From Octopus vulgaris (lineage: Eukaryota): a stretch of 64,000 nt of DNA. A model generated the notes under the pieces. It was not told the origin of the DNA and ran no database searches. It was given only the letters and a program-made list of their open reading frames with translations. Position 1 is the stretch's first letter; each line of letters starts with the position of its first letter. Positions 14,493 to 25,816 of the stretch are shown here, piece after piece. A program made the position numbers and the translations under genes. Location of the stretch: positions 47,430,001-47,494,000 of the forward strand of contig OX597814.1 of the NCBI GenBank assembly GCA_951406725.2. Direction: 5' to 3'.

Positions 14493-14894
14493 ATTGGTTC
14501 CTTTCAGTTTGGCCCTGGGCTATAATAGAACATTCACCCAAGGTACCAGACGCTAGGACTGGACCCAACGCCACGTAAGAGGGAAGTGAACCTCTCAATC
14601 ATATACCCATGCCTATATATATATATATATATATAATAGAAATATTAAAATTACTAAGTCTCTATAAAAGAGATTATGGCAGCGTTTACTGGAAATTAAT
14701 TGTTATCGCCATATTAATATGGCATTTTTATAGATATAAGAATAATCGCTGCCATGGTCAGCTCCATGAGGCCACCGCCATCAAGATAGCTATTGATACA
14801 CGATCTGTATCCATTATAACCTTATAGGTATAAAAATTATATATAAAGAAACAAGAACGTGAAATACACAAAGGGACGAACACATTATATATAT

Positions 14895-15295
14895 CTTTAC
14901 TCTTTTATTTGTTTCAGTCATTTGACTGTGGCCATGCTGGAGCACCACCTTTAGTCGAACAAATCGACCCCAGGACCTAGTACTTATTCTATCTGTCTCT
15001 TGCCGAACCGCTAAGTTTCGGGGATGTAAACACACCAGCATCGTTTGTCAGGCGATGTTGGGGAGGGGGGAGGCAAACACAGACACACAAACATACACAC
15101 ATACACACACACAGACATATATATACATATATAGGACGGGCTTCTTTCAGTTTCCATCTACCAAATACACTCACAAGGCTTTGATCGGCCCGAGGCTATA
15201 GTAGAAGACACCCAAGGTGTCACGCAGTAGGATTGAACCCAGAACCATGTGGTCCGCAAACAAGCTACTTACCTCACAGCCACTCCTACGCCTAC
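14895..15295 (-). mobile_element. CORE-type SINE (OR-like), near full length
   Basis: Reverse complement of 19772-20308 from tail to tRNA head ('acagccactcct'). Confidence 0.88.
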
Positions 15296-15317
15296 ACACA
15301 CACTGAAAGGAGCCAAT

Positions 15318-15541
15318 TCATCATCATCATCATCATCATCAGTTAACCTCTGTTGTCCATGCTGGCATGGGTTGGACGGTTTGACCAGGTTTGGTAAACT
15401 GAGGGGCTGCACCAGTGTAATTTGGGATAGTTTCTACAGCTGGGCGCCCTTCCTAACGCCAACCACTCCGAGAGTGCAGTAGGCGCTTTTACGTGCGACC
15501 GGCATGCAAACCACTTGAGTGGCATTAGTATCTGTCACGAC
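15318..15541 (-). mobile_element. RTE LINE 3'-end repeat
   Basis: (CAT)n + 'tccatgctggcatgggttggacgg...cccttcctaacgccaaccactccgagagtg'; close inverted match to 14280-14490. Confidence 0.85.
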
Positions 15542-15567
15542 TATATATATATATATATATACACACA

Positions 15568-15801
15568 CCGGAGTAAACACATAAATGTGAAACAAGGTGG
15601 AAAAAAGAGTACTCAAATACCAAGGGTAGAGTAGTATGCTTTATTTAAAAGCAGCAGAAATTCAACAAAACCTGTTACTCGGAGTTTCACGTTCCCGTTC
15701 GTCGGACAGTTTTGTTAAAATAGAACAAAACTGTCCGACGAACGGGAACGTGAAACTCCGAGTAACAGGTTTTGTTGAATTTCTGCTGCTTTTAAATAAA
15801 G
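15568..15801. mobile_element. Inverted-dimer hammerhead element (Penelope pLTR-like), perfect 78-bp arms
   Basis: Arms 15639-15716 and 15724-15801 are exact reverse complements with a 7-nt spacer; each carries a hammerhead motif; homologous to 52444-52695. Confidence 0.85.
15731..15768 (+). ncRNA. Type I hammerhead ribozyme motif (identical copy on the minus strand at 15672-15709)
   Basis: ctgt-CCGACGA-ACG(GGAA)CGT-GAAAC-(TCCGA)-GTA-acag; U4 is C in this copy, stem II is GNRA-capped, the cleavage triplet is GUA. Confidence 0.7.
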
Positions 15802-15823
15802 TATATATATTATATATATATAT

Positions 15824-15982
15824 ACACTCACGGAGTGGTTGGCGTTAGGAAGGGCATCCAGCCGTAGAAACACTGCCAGATCTGACTAGGCCTGATGAAG
15901 CCTTCCAGCTTCACAGACCCCAGTTGAACCATCCAACCCATGCTAGCATGGAAAACGGACGCTAGATGATGATGATGATGAT
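15824..15982 (+). mobile_element. RTE LINE 3'-end repeat
   Basis: 'ggagtggttggcgttaggaagggcatccagc...cccatgctagcatggaaaacggacgct' + (GAT)n. Confidence 0.85.
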
Positions 15983-16419
15983 ATACACACACACACACAC
16001 ACACATACACACTACATGTGTATATAGTGTGCACTTGTATCTACGTATGCAGGTATATGAGTGTGCGTATGTATATATTGAAAATGTTTTCTTTTTATTA
16101 ATGTAAAAACTGTTAAATGGAATTGCACACCACTTTATTATACGTGTACACTTTCGTGTGTGCGTGTGTACACACATATACATAATTCTGTAGTTGACAA
16201 TGTAGCTGCAGAAACATTTTAGTTTTATTACTCTCTTTAATTAACCTTTTTTAACTGTTGTATTGCTTGCCTACTTTCTTCCTTTAAACGTTTTTGCTAT
16301 ACCCGTACTTTTATAGCTAATATTTCACTTTACTTGTTTTGACGGCATTTACACGCACTCATTCATATACACACGCACTCCAACACGTTTTCTCTCTGAA
16401 AAAGAGAGAATGTGTTCAT

Positions 16420-16720
16420 TAACCACACTGGGGTAACAGGAAGTGTTAAACTGATTCATAATATGAAGTTCTTAAGTGTGTTTAACGATTTCCCCTTCAG
16501 TGTAAATGTTGCCAATTAACTCGAAACCGGCGTCTGAGTCTGGCAGAGATAGCGATGGTAGGGGATGAAAGTCTAAGCTGTCGCTTTGATCTTTGAACTG
16601 CCGTTGTTGCAGCCTCTTTGATCTTTGGCTTCGTTTGTTGTTGCAGCCATTACTGTTTTCATTGGCACTGCACTCAACCTGCCGCTTTTCTAGTTAACAT
16701 CACAGCCATGGTGGACTGGG
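16420..16720. promoter_or_regulatory. Candidate enhancer with clustered TCF/LEF sites and an ETS site
   Basis: CTTTGATC at 16584 and 16616, CTTTGAAC at 16591, CAGGAAGT at about 16437; unique sequence. Confidence 0.3.
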
Positions 16721-16844
16721 AGACATTCCTGTTAACTGTGTGTACTGGGGTCTATTTATTCGAATCCTCCCTCTCCCCAAATGTGTGTCCTTGAGTCTAC
16801 ATTAGAAATAATCACCATCATCATCATTATTGTTATTATTATTA

Positions 16845-17110
16845 GGAGGGGAGATCTAACAGAATCATTAGAGCATACGATAAAACTCTATGTGGTATTT
16901 TTTCCGGCTCTTTACATTCTGGTTTCAAATCTTGCTGGGCTCAACTTTGCTACTCATCCTTTCAGAGTCGATAAAGTACCTGTCAAGTGCTAGGATCAAG
17001 TACCTTTCACCCTTGATAAAAGAAAATATTAATCAAGTATTGGGATCGATGGCCTTGACTAATACCTCCCACTAAAATTACTGGACTTTTGTCAAAATTT
17101 GAAATAATTA
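16845..17110 (+). mobile_element. Second-family SINE, degraded
   Basis: 'ggtttcaaatcttgc...actcatcctttcagagtcgataaagtacc' with an (ATT) tail. Confidence 0.65.
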
Positions 17111-17344
17111 TTAATATTGTTGTTATTGTTGGTTAACACCAACTGGGGATTCTAACAAAGTGTCAGCTGTCCATAACCAATGGACTAAGGTAACATGTTT
17201 CATTCAGATTGAGAACCCTGCCAAGAATCCATGCTGTTTCAAGAAACACAATCTTCTGTGGATGTTCTGTCTTCACATGTACTCCTAAGTTCTGTCCATG
17301 TGAGACTTGAGCTCAGTCTTTTAGCTTTCCATATTTTTTTCTCA

Positions 17345-17955
17345 AAAATGTTTAGCAGCATTTCATCATTCTTTTATGTTCTGAGTTCAAATTCCGCTGA
17401 AGTCAACTTTGCCTTTCATCCTTTGGATCTTTTCGGTTTGACCGGCAGTTTTTTCTAGCGATGTCATATGAAATTGTCACCCATAATTATGACCCTAGTA
17501 TCGATCTATTGCATTTCAATCTGTTTTAGGGTTAGGGGTGGGGGAAGGGTATCTTTTTTTCTTCAGAAATGTAAATAAACCCAATCTGTTTCTTAAACAA
17601 GGGACATATTCATATGGCACAGAATGTTTTCACCTCAATAGACGTCATTGATTGGTTGAAATTGCAGAAATTGAAGAAAAAAAACAACAAATATCTTACA
17701 AACTATAGAATTTTCTCAATAAAGCCAAGAGAAAAAGATGTTTTATAAACATATTCTACCAGTATATGAAGTTTAAAAGTGTTTAGTTATGTGGAAATTA
17801 TTTTTCAAAAATTGCCGTTCAAACCGAAAAGATCCCATCCGTTAAAATTTGATAAAATAAGTACCTGTTGAGTTCTGGGGTCGATGTAATCAACTATTCT
17901 CCTCCACAAAAAATTCAGGCCTTGTGTCTATAGTAAAAAGGATTATTATTATTAT
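17345..17955 (+). mobile_element. Second-family SINE split by a MITE insertion
   Basis: SINE reads to 'gcctttcatccttt' (17424) and resumes 'gataaaataagtacc...' after 17843. Confidence 0.8.
17425..17835 (+). mobile_element. 411-bp MITE with GGATC-ended TIRs and internal TTAGGG repeats
   Basis: About 30-bp TIR GGATCTTTTCGGTTTGA(C/A)CGGCA; 8-bp TSD CATCCTTT/CATCCGTT; second copy inverted at 40332-40750. Confidence 0.92.
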
Positions 17956-19641
17956 TAGTGCATTGAAGTTGATACAAATGATAAGGAATTGTACTAAATA
18001 GATTGTTCAATGACTCATATTTTAGAGCAATTTTTGTTTTCACTCCCTCAAAGGTTTATATATAAGTATCAGTAAATAATGGTCTCGATTCAGTAAACTG
18101 CACCCATCTTTTGTTAAGGTTATTATTAAACTGACTTGATGTTTCCACCTTTTCTTTTTTCCTCATTCACATCTAATACAATATATTAAATGTAATGAAA
18201 ATATCTATTCATTATAGATTAAAATATTCATATCTACTGCTCTTTGTAAAAGTGTAGCTTAGTGGGTTCTATCTGCTTCTCTTGTAATCTCTAATTGAAG
18301 ACCCCTTAAATTTGTCCTGTATGTATTTTACCCTCACTCTGACCTACACTTATTATCAGTCTCTTTCTTTTCTTCTTCATAAATCTAATTCATTAATGAC
18401 TTACTCTTAAGTCATACATATAAAACAAACAGTTTGCATAATTTATTGGAAACTATTTCTGTAATTAGTGAAACATTAAATGGACACTTGTTTCCCTGGC
18501 TCAAAGTTGAATAAAGAAAGCACAGAAGAGTATTGAGTGTGCTGTTATTGTTGAATAGGAACTGTTTAATTATTGATTGATAATTATTCGAATCATTCTG
18601 GATGTGGGCTGTATTCTAATGACTCATCACACGTGAAAAACTGAATAAAATATGCATATGTGTGGGTGTATTGAGTTTAAAGGGATCTTTCATTACAGCT
18701 TTACAAGAGAAGTAACAAGAACCAACGAGGTTACACTTTTACACAGAGGATAAATATGAATATTTTAATATTGTGTACAAATATTTTCACTAGATTACCC
18801 TCAAGTCAATGAATTAGATATAATTTTAATTTGTTTTCCTTTTCTATAATTAATATGTTTAGAGAGCTAATTTTTAAAGCTTGTGTATAGGTACAAACTA
18901 TTCTGTAATAGTCATCACTATGAACAATAGGTGCATATGACTAGAAATATGAATTAAAGACTTTTATTCAATCAGTTATATTCATGCCAGTCTGTTGAAA
19001 GAGAGTTAACTGATGAGATCATCAAACAACTTTATTTCTGAAAACCTAACAAAGCAGCTGGACCAAATAGTATTCAGGCTGCTACTACTGCTGCTGCTGC
19101 TGCTGCTACTACTACTGCTACTCAAAAATAGTCTACTTCTATAATTAAATGGTCTCCCTACAATCAAACTCTTCAATAACTTTTAATCTGCAATCAGTAA
19201 TAATCCTTAATTTACATAGTTGAATGATTATCAATTTTCAGGAAACAAAATGTTGATATGCATTTCAGCGCATTTTTTTTGTTGTTTATCTTCAAACTAA
19301 CCTTGTCCAAGCATACCATTGAGCAAAGTCCTTCCTGTTGCTAGTGGCCCATTTTAAGATTGTATAGGACTGTTTTTTTACTGTTCTTTCATCACTTGAT
19401 ATACTGAGAGGATATAATATAAAGGAATTTGATGGCTGAACTATCTTCTCTCCATAATGAACAGATTGTTTCCTGCAATAAATACATGAAAATCAAACCT
19501 TTTCATGGACCCTCAAAATACTACTGTGGATTCTCAATTTACTATTTTGCTAGTGTGGACCCCCAGGGGTCATACAGACCCTGATTGAGAACTACTGATC
19601 TGTACAATTACTATACAAAATCTCCATCTAAGAGTGTTTAA

Positions 19642-20359
19642 CCCTTTAGCATTTAAACTGGCCCTATCGGACCCAAATATTCTACCTGTTTTATGTTCAA
19701 ACCAGCCAGATTTGGCCACTCACATCATCAAAATCTGAAAGCTGTGAGATAATGTATGATTTAATTCCAAACAGGAGTGGCTGTGTGGTAAGTAGCTTGC
19801 TTACCAACCACATGGTTTCAGGTTCATTCCTACTGCATGGCACCTTGGGCAAGTGTCTTGTACTATAGCCTCGGGTCGACCAAAGCCTTGTGAGTGGATT
19901 TTGTAGATGAAAACTTTAAGAAGTCCATTGTATATATGTGTGTGTATTTATATATATATATATATGTATGTATATATGTATGTATATATATATGTATGTA
20001 TGTATGTGTGTGTATATGTTTGTGTCTGTGTTTGTCCCCCCACCATCGCTTGACAACTGATGTATATATGTATGTATATATATATGTATGTATGTATGTG
20101 TGTGTATATGTTTGTGTCTGTGTTTGTCCCCCCACCATCGCTTGACAACTGATGATGGTGTGTTTATGTCCCTGTAACTTAGCGGTTTGGCAAAACAGAC
20201 CAATAGAATATGTACTAGGCTTCCAAAGAATAAGTCCTCAAGTTGATTTGCTTGACTAAAGGCAGTGCTCCAGCATAGCCGCAGTCAAATGACTGAAACA
20301 AGTAAACAGAATGTGAATACAAGCAATACATTTAACAGAGTAATCTGAATGCTAAAGAA
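19642..20359. mobile_element. piggyBac-type MITE (TTAA TSD) with a nested SINE
   Basis: TTAA|CCCTTTAGCATT ... AATGCTAAAGAA|TTAA. Confidence 0.75.
19772..20308 (+). mobile_element. CORE-type SINE (OR-like), full length, with an internal tandem duplication
   Basis: A-box 'tggctgtgtggtaa', B-box 'ggttcattcc', CORE-like 'accttgggcaagtg' and the 3' tail; the unit ending 'ccaccatcgcttgacaactgatg' occurs twice. Confidence 0.9.
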
Positions 20360-20524
20360 TTAAAATCTGAAAGCAGCAACCAAAGAGATAACTCTATAAA
20401 ATAACTTAAAATGTAGGAAATTCAGTGTGGTAGTTAAACAAATGGACAAGATTCAGGTTCATTGGCTCTCTTCAATGAAGTATATTCTACTTATTTGGCA
20501 AGTGTAAGACTGATCAATATACAT

Positions 20525-20870
20525 ATCTGGTTAAGAAGTTTGCTTTTCCCAGCCACATGATTTCAGGTTCAACCCCAGTGTGTAGCACCTTGGGAAAATG
20601 TCTCCTGCTATGCCCTTGGCTTCCCAAACCCTTGTGTATAGATTTGACAGGAACTGAAAGAAGCCTGGTGTGTGTGTCCTTGTTTTGACATTGCATGATT
20701 GTTGTAAATGAATGTCATTAATTTCCAAAATTCTGCAAAAACAATTGTGGCCATGGAAAAATATTATCTTGCTTGGAAACTAGTAAGGTTGGCAACAAGA
20801 AGGGCACCCATCTCCAATAGAAATTTCTCTCAATAAATTCTGTCCAACACACGCAAGCATAAAAAAAAAG
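20525..20870 (+). mobile_element. CORE-type SINE variant with a different 3' half
   Basis: Same tRNA/CORE head; the 3' part resembles 50500-50625 and 25130-25350 (rc). Confidence 0.65.
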
Positions 20871-20889
20871 CAATGACTGATATATATAT

Positions 20890-21110
20890 ATGTTCATTTT
20901 CTATGCTGGCAAGGGTTGGATGATTTGATAGAGGCTGGCAAGCCAGAAGACTATACCAGGTTTCACTGTCTGTTTTTGGCTTGGTTTGTACAGCTGGATG
21001 CCCTTCCTAATGCCAACCACCTTAGAGAGTGGACCGAGTGCTTTCTACATGGTTCCAACTCCAGCAAGATCTGCTTTGGCACAGTTTTTATGGCTGGATG
21101 CCCTTATACT
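20890..21110 (-). mobile_element. RTE LINE 3'-end repeat
   Basis: 'gctggatgcccttcctaatgccaaccac' family motif. Confidence 0.75.
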
Positions 21111-21607
21111 GATTATATCAATATGCACGCTTGCACACACACACACACAGATGTATATATTTTTGCTATTCATAAACGAAATCTCTACTTGTTCTCTATT
21201 TCTGCATAATTCATTCAATCTCACTATTTATGAAGGCAAGGTTGAATGCATGCTTATCAAATATATTTATGGGAGTTACTTACAATTTTATTAAGCACAT
21301 GTTATCTTAGTATTTATTGTCCATATGTTCTGCCAGCCAAAGTATCAATAATATGTATCAATGAGTAAAACTGGTACTTGTTACTTGTAGCATTTTTATA
21401 AGTAGTCCTACGTCTCTTCCTTTTCTTCTCTCTCTCTCTCTATCTCTCTCATGAACACAAGGAAACAGCTTTGAGAGGATTGAGTAGCCAGGTAGAGCAA
21501 GTCCGTTCTTGGAGTAGTCTACTGTTCTACAGAGAACCTTACAGTTGTGCTATAGGGTCTGTTTAATCAGCAAAGCTAAATGTGTGTGTATGTGTGTGTG
21601 TGAGCTT

Positions 21608-21950
21608 CATCATCATCATCATCGTTTAACATCCACTTTCCATGCTAGCATGGGTTGGACGGTTCGACTGGAGTCTGAGAAGCCAGGAGGCTGCACCAGG
21701 CCCAGTCTGATCTGGCAGTGTTTCTACAGCTGGATGCTCTTCCTAATGCCAACCACTCCGTGTGTGTAGTGGGTGCTTTTTACATGCCACCGGCACAGGT
21801 GCCAGGTGAGGCTGGCAATGGCCGTGATCAGTTGGTGCTTTTTACCTGCCACCGACACAGAGGCCAGTCGAGGTGGAACTGGCAACGGCCACGTTCAGAT
21901 GCTTCTTTTACATGCCACCGGCACTGGTATCACAACTGCAATTTGCATTG
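21608..21950 (-). mobile_element. RTE LINE 3'-end repeat with tandem 'gcttttacatgccaccggcac' units
   Basis: (CAT)n tail, hairpin 'ccatgctagcatgg', and three copies of an about 60-bp internal unit. Confidence 0.85.
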
Positions 21951-22542
21951 ATTTTTGATCCATTTCGATTTCACTTGCCTCCACTATGCTAAAATATATT
22001 ATCAATGCATAAACTCTGACTCAATAACATTAGCTATTCTACTATATACACACACACACACACACACATTTGTATAGGCACAGGTATACCTTTGTAATTA
22101 AGATGTACATTTTTCCAATGTGATGCTCAGTAGAAGCGGAAGCAAACCTGGAGCCATATGAAAATTGAAGATCTTAACTATGCAAGTATGGATGTGGCAT
22201 TTTAAAGTACATGTTGAGTATATTGTCCTTATGGCCATTATTATTGCCTCAGTGATAACAACAACACACTAAGGATTAGAAATAAACTACAGAAAAATCT
22301 TTTATCTGATCACCACTTACATTGATAGATTACTCAGCTGTTCTCAGTTGATTTTGTCCCCATTATATTAATCAAAATCAAAATTGATCAGCAGTACACT
22401 GTTTATTTTATTTTTCTAATGAAGCAAATGTATATTTTTTTGAGGAATTTACCAATTATATTTTTCTTATTGCCTTCATGCAGTTCTTTCCAACAAGAAT
22501 TATAAAAAAAAAGATTATAAGATTATTTAAACATATGACTAG

Positions 22543-22579
<37 letters not shown>

Positions 22580-23074
22580 ATAGAAATCCTTCAGCATTTT
22601 TGATATCTGTAGGCTTGACTTAAAAATCCCCATATGAATATAGATTTCCTGATGGATATGTGCAAAAGTTTTAGCATGATTTATTAAAATATCATCCAGT
22701 CGGTAAGTTTTCTTTGATTTACTTCTCTTAATAGAAATCCCACTGGCATGTTTTATTGCCTTCCGCCAGACTTTTCCTGATCTTGTGTTTGCCAAGGAAG
22801 ATTTACAAATAAACTGATGCTTATTAAAAAAAAAAGAAAAAGAAAAGAAACTTGCACTGTCAGTTGCTGGTACAGTTTTCACTCCAGCGTCTGGAAACTG
22901 ACTAAATTTGGATTACTACTTTATCATAATATTCTCTTCAATTGATAAGTAGAGAATGACAGTGAATATTGAGAAAGCAATTTGGTAGACATATTTCAAT
23001 ATGTGCTTACTAACTAATAGTAAAGAGATGCCATACATTATCTATCTATCTTCATATATATGTATATAATATGA

Positions 23075-23372
23075 AGGGAAAGTTTACGAAAATAAACAAA
23101 AGACGAAGGCAGGTGGAGTACAAACAAACAAATGTATTAGTATAGCGCTCAGGAATAGAAAAAAGTCCTGACTTCCGTATATCATGGCGTCCTGACTATG
23201 AATATAAAATGTTGCTCAATGCTTGAAACGGGGAGTAGATAGACAACCGACAACTGATGAAGGATCGTTTTTTTATGTTACTTGTCTTATTTTCCATTTG
23301 TTTCTCTCGTTGTTTGCATATATTTGCTTTCGTACTTCATGCTGTTTACTGTTGGTGACGTCTGTACCCATA
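23075..23372. mobile_element. Junction of two Penelope-like short fragments in opposite orientation
   Basis: 23075-23168 is the rc of the 6750-6843 tail; 23178-23240 holds a decayed hammerhead-like motif (CTGACTA...GAAAC-GGGGA-GTA); flanked by (TA)n. Confidence 0.5.
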
Positions 23373-23374
23373 TA

Positions 23375-23425
<51 letters not shown>

Positions 23426-23573
23426 TATATTGTTATTTGATTGAATGCCATGCATCCATTTCCAAGTAACTTTATATTATATATATATATACATATAGAG
23501 AGAGCGAGAGAGAGATACAAACACATGCACACACATACACACACACACTCTCTCTCTCACACACACACACATA

Positions 23574-24678
23574 TAGGCTGTGTAAGATATTTGAGGACAG
23601 ATTTATCTTTCTAAAAAAACAGATATATAATAACAGATAATAACTTTATTTATCAAAAAATTCTATGAGGATTAAAAATAAATCTTCTTTTCTATAATGT
23701 TATTCAATAAAGTCACCTTCAGCTTCAACAACTGTTTCTATATCAGATTTAAATCATCTACACTCTTGAATCAAGTGGTCCTTGTTCATTTTGGACATTC
23801 CTCTGACTATGGCAGCTTTCATAGAATCTTTGGTGTTATGGGCATGTTCATTGACCTCTCTTTCAACAACACTCCACATGTAATAGTCCAATGGATTGAA
23901 ATCTGGGGAATTAGGAGACCTAATGTTAGGGGTTATGTGATCATGAAAATTTTCAGCCATCCATTTTTGTGTTACTAGAGCCATGTGTGATAGCGTGGAG
24001 TCTTACTGAAAAACATGGCCTTCCATTGCATACACTGTCTATCCAGGGCTTAACAGTTGTTTCCAGGACCTCAATGTAGACTTTGTGGAAAAAAGTTAAG
24101 GAGGCATCACGTGTCCTTCATTGCTGACAACTCCTAAAACCATGGCAGTTTTAGGAAATTTTGTATGCATAACACTTGGAACTTCAGAAGGGTCTGAACA
24201 TAACCATCTGTCATTTCTTCTGTTAACTTTTTGATCTTCATTGAAGTTTTTATTGTTTAAGAAAAACCAAATCAAATCTTCTGCTGCTGTCTTCATGGAC
24301 AACATTTCTGACTGTTCCTTCTGACACATGGAGATCTTTTGCAATTGACCTCATGGACTGTTGCGCTTGCTGGATAAATTCAAGTGTTCTGATGATTTCA
24401 GAGTGTTTAGAATGCTTTTTATGCTTTGATACTGGTGATACGTTTCCATCTTCAGTCTCTAATTCCTTACAAACCTTGTTGATGAAAGATCTGGCAACTT
24501 TTAAAAGTTGATATATTTCTAAATCACTATGCTCAGCCTTTATAACAGCATGCCTCTTCATTTCCTGAGTAAGCTGAGGGTTTGCCATTATTATTTTCTG
24601 AAACAAAGATTATACATAGTTAGCAAAAAATGCAGCAATGACCCCAAAAAGGTATGTCCTCAAATACCTTATGCACCC

Positions 24679-24680
<2 letters not shown>
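23574..24680 (-). mobile_element. Tc1/mariner DD37D (maT-type) transposon, transposase pseudogene
   Basis: TIRs 'cagggtgcataaggtatttgaggaca' / 'taggctgtgtaagatatttgaggaca'. Fragments MANPQLTQEMKRHAVIKAEHSD..., KVNRRNDRWL...TKFPKTAMVLGVVSNEGHVMPP and DSTLSH...PNSPDFNPLDYYMWS (37-residue spacing). Confidence 0.92.
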
Positions 24681-24726
<46 letters not shown>

Positions 24727-24790
24727 TAGAGAGAGAGAGATATGTAATTGCATATATAGATATGCATATATGTGTGTGTGTGTGTGTGTG

Positions 24791-24828
24791 TATCTAAAGC
24801 CTACTATAATTATAGTAGGCTTTAGATA
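24791..24828. repeat. Perfect 38-bp palindrome with no spacer
   Basis: TATCTAAAGCCTACTATAA|TTATAGTAGGCTTTAGATA. Confidence 0.95.
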
Positions 24829-25394
24829 TACATTTTTCCCTAAATTCATTCTGCCACAAATATAGCAACAGGAAACAATGAAATTATTTTGGTTTCTAGT
24901 ACTGATGTAAGTTGTGCTACAAAAATGGTTTATCCTTTATATTGGAAATCTATACATTTCGTCTGCTTCTGAGGAGTTTTTTTTCAAATTGATGTGATGT
25001 AATGTTTTCGTTGATTGATTAAATGGAGCCTCTTGAAACAGCCATAATACATTGTTACCTGGACATCCTTATTACTTATTTGCTTTATATATATATATAC
25101 ATACATATATATATATATATGTCATGGTCGTCATCATCACCATTTTAATGTTCATTTTCCATGCTTGCATGGATCAGATAGAGTTTATTAAGGCAAATTT
25201 TATTACTACTAGGTGCCCTTCCTTATGCAAAATTCCATGTTTCCAAGCACGATAATATTTCTGCATGGCCAACTATGTTCTTGCAATATTTGGGAAATGA
25301 ATGACATGCTGGTATGACAACCATTTACAACAATTATGTCATGTCAAAACACACACACACACATGTGTATATATACACATACATGTGTGTGTGG

Positions 25395-25620
25395 CCACAT
25401 GACTGACCAGGCTATCAGATGCTGTTATACATTGCTGGTCACAATGCACTTTTGCATTGTTTTAGCCTTCAAATGACACGACCCTGCTGGTTAGGCAAAC
25501 AGGTGAACATTTCCCTCTGATCGAGAGGTGAGGGCTGGAGCAATGTGAAATGAAGTGTTTTGCTCAAGAACGCAGTGCTGTCCGGTCAGAATTGAACCCA
25601 CAATCTAGCACACCTTCACA
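25395..25620 (-). mobile_element. Third-family tRNA-derived SINE (as 43564-43845), degraded
   Basis: 'ctatcagatg...ggtcacaatgc...gcattgttttagccttcaaatgac' is the rc of the 43765-43820 tail. Confidence 0.7.
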
Positions 25621-25640
25621 TTATATATAGTCTATCGTGT

Positions 25641-25676
<36 letters not shown>

Positions 25677-25774
25677 TAAAGAATGGGTAGCAAGCAGAAC
25701 CTATTGTTCCTGAAAGTTGTTTTATATGTACTACGGTTTGCTTGAAACTAACCTTCTTCCTACACCTCATTCCT

Positions 25775-25816
<42 letters not shown>

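Noticed and set aside
21770-21930. CRISPR-like repeat-spacer array (also 39380-39550 and 54430-55275)
   Set aside because: Eukaryotic context, the spacers resemble each other, and there are no cas genes; these are LINE 3' UTR tandem units and SINE clusters
22523-22882. 119-aa minus-strand ORF
   Set aside because: Includes poly-T and (TTA)n runs, has no ATG start or convincing splice pair, and shows no recognisable domain
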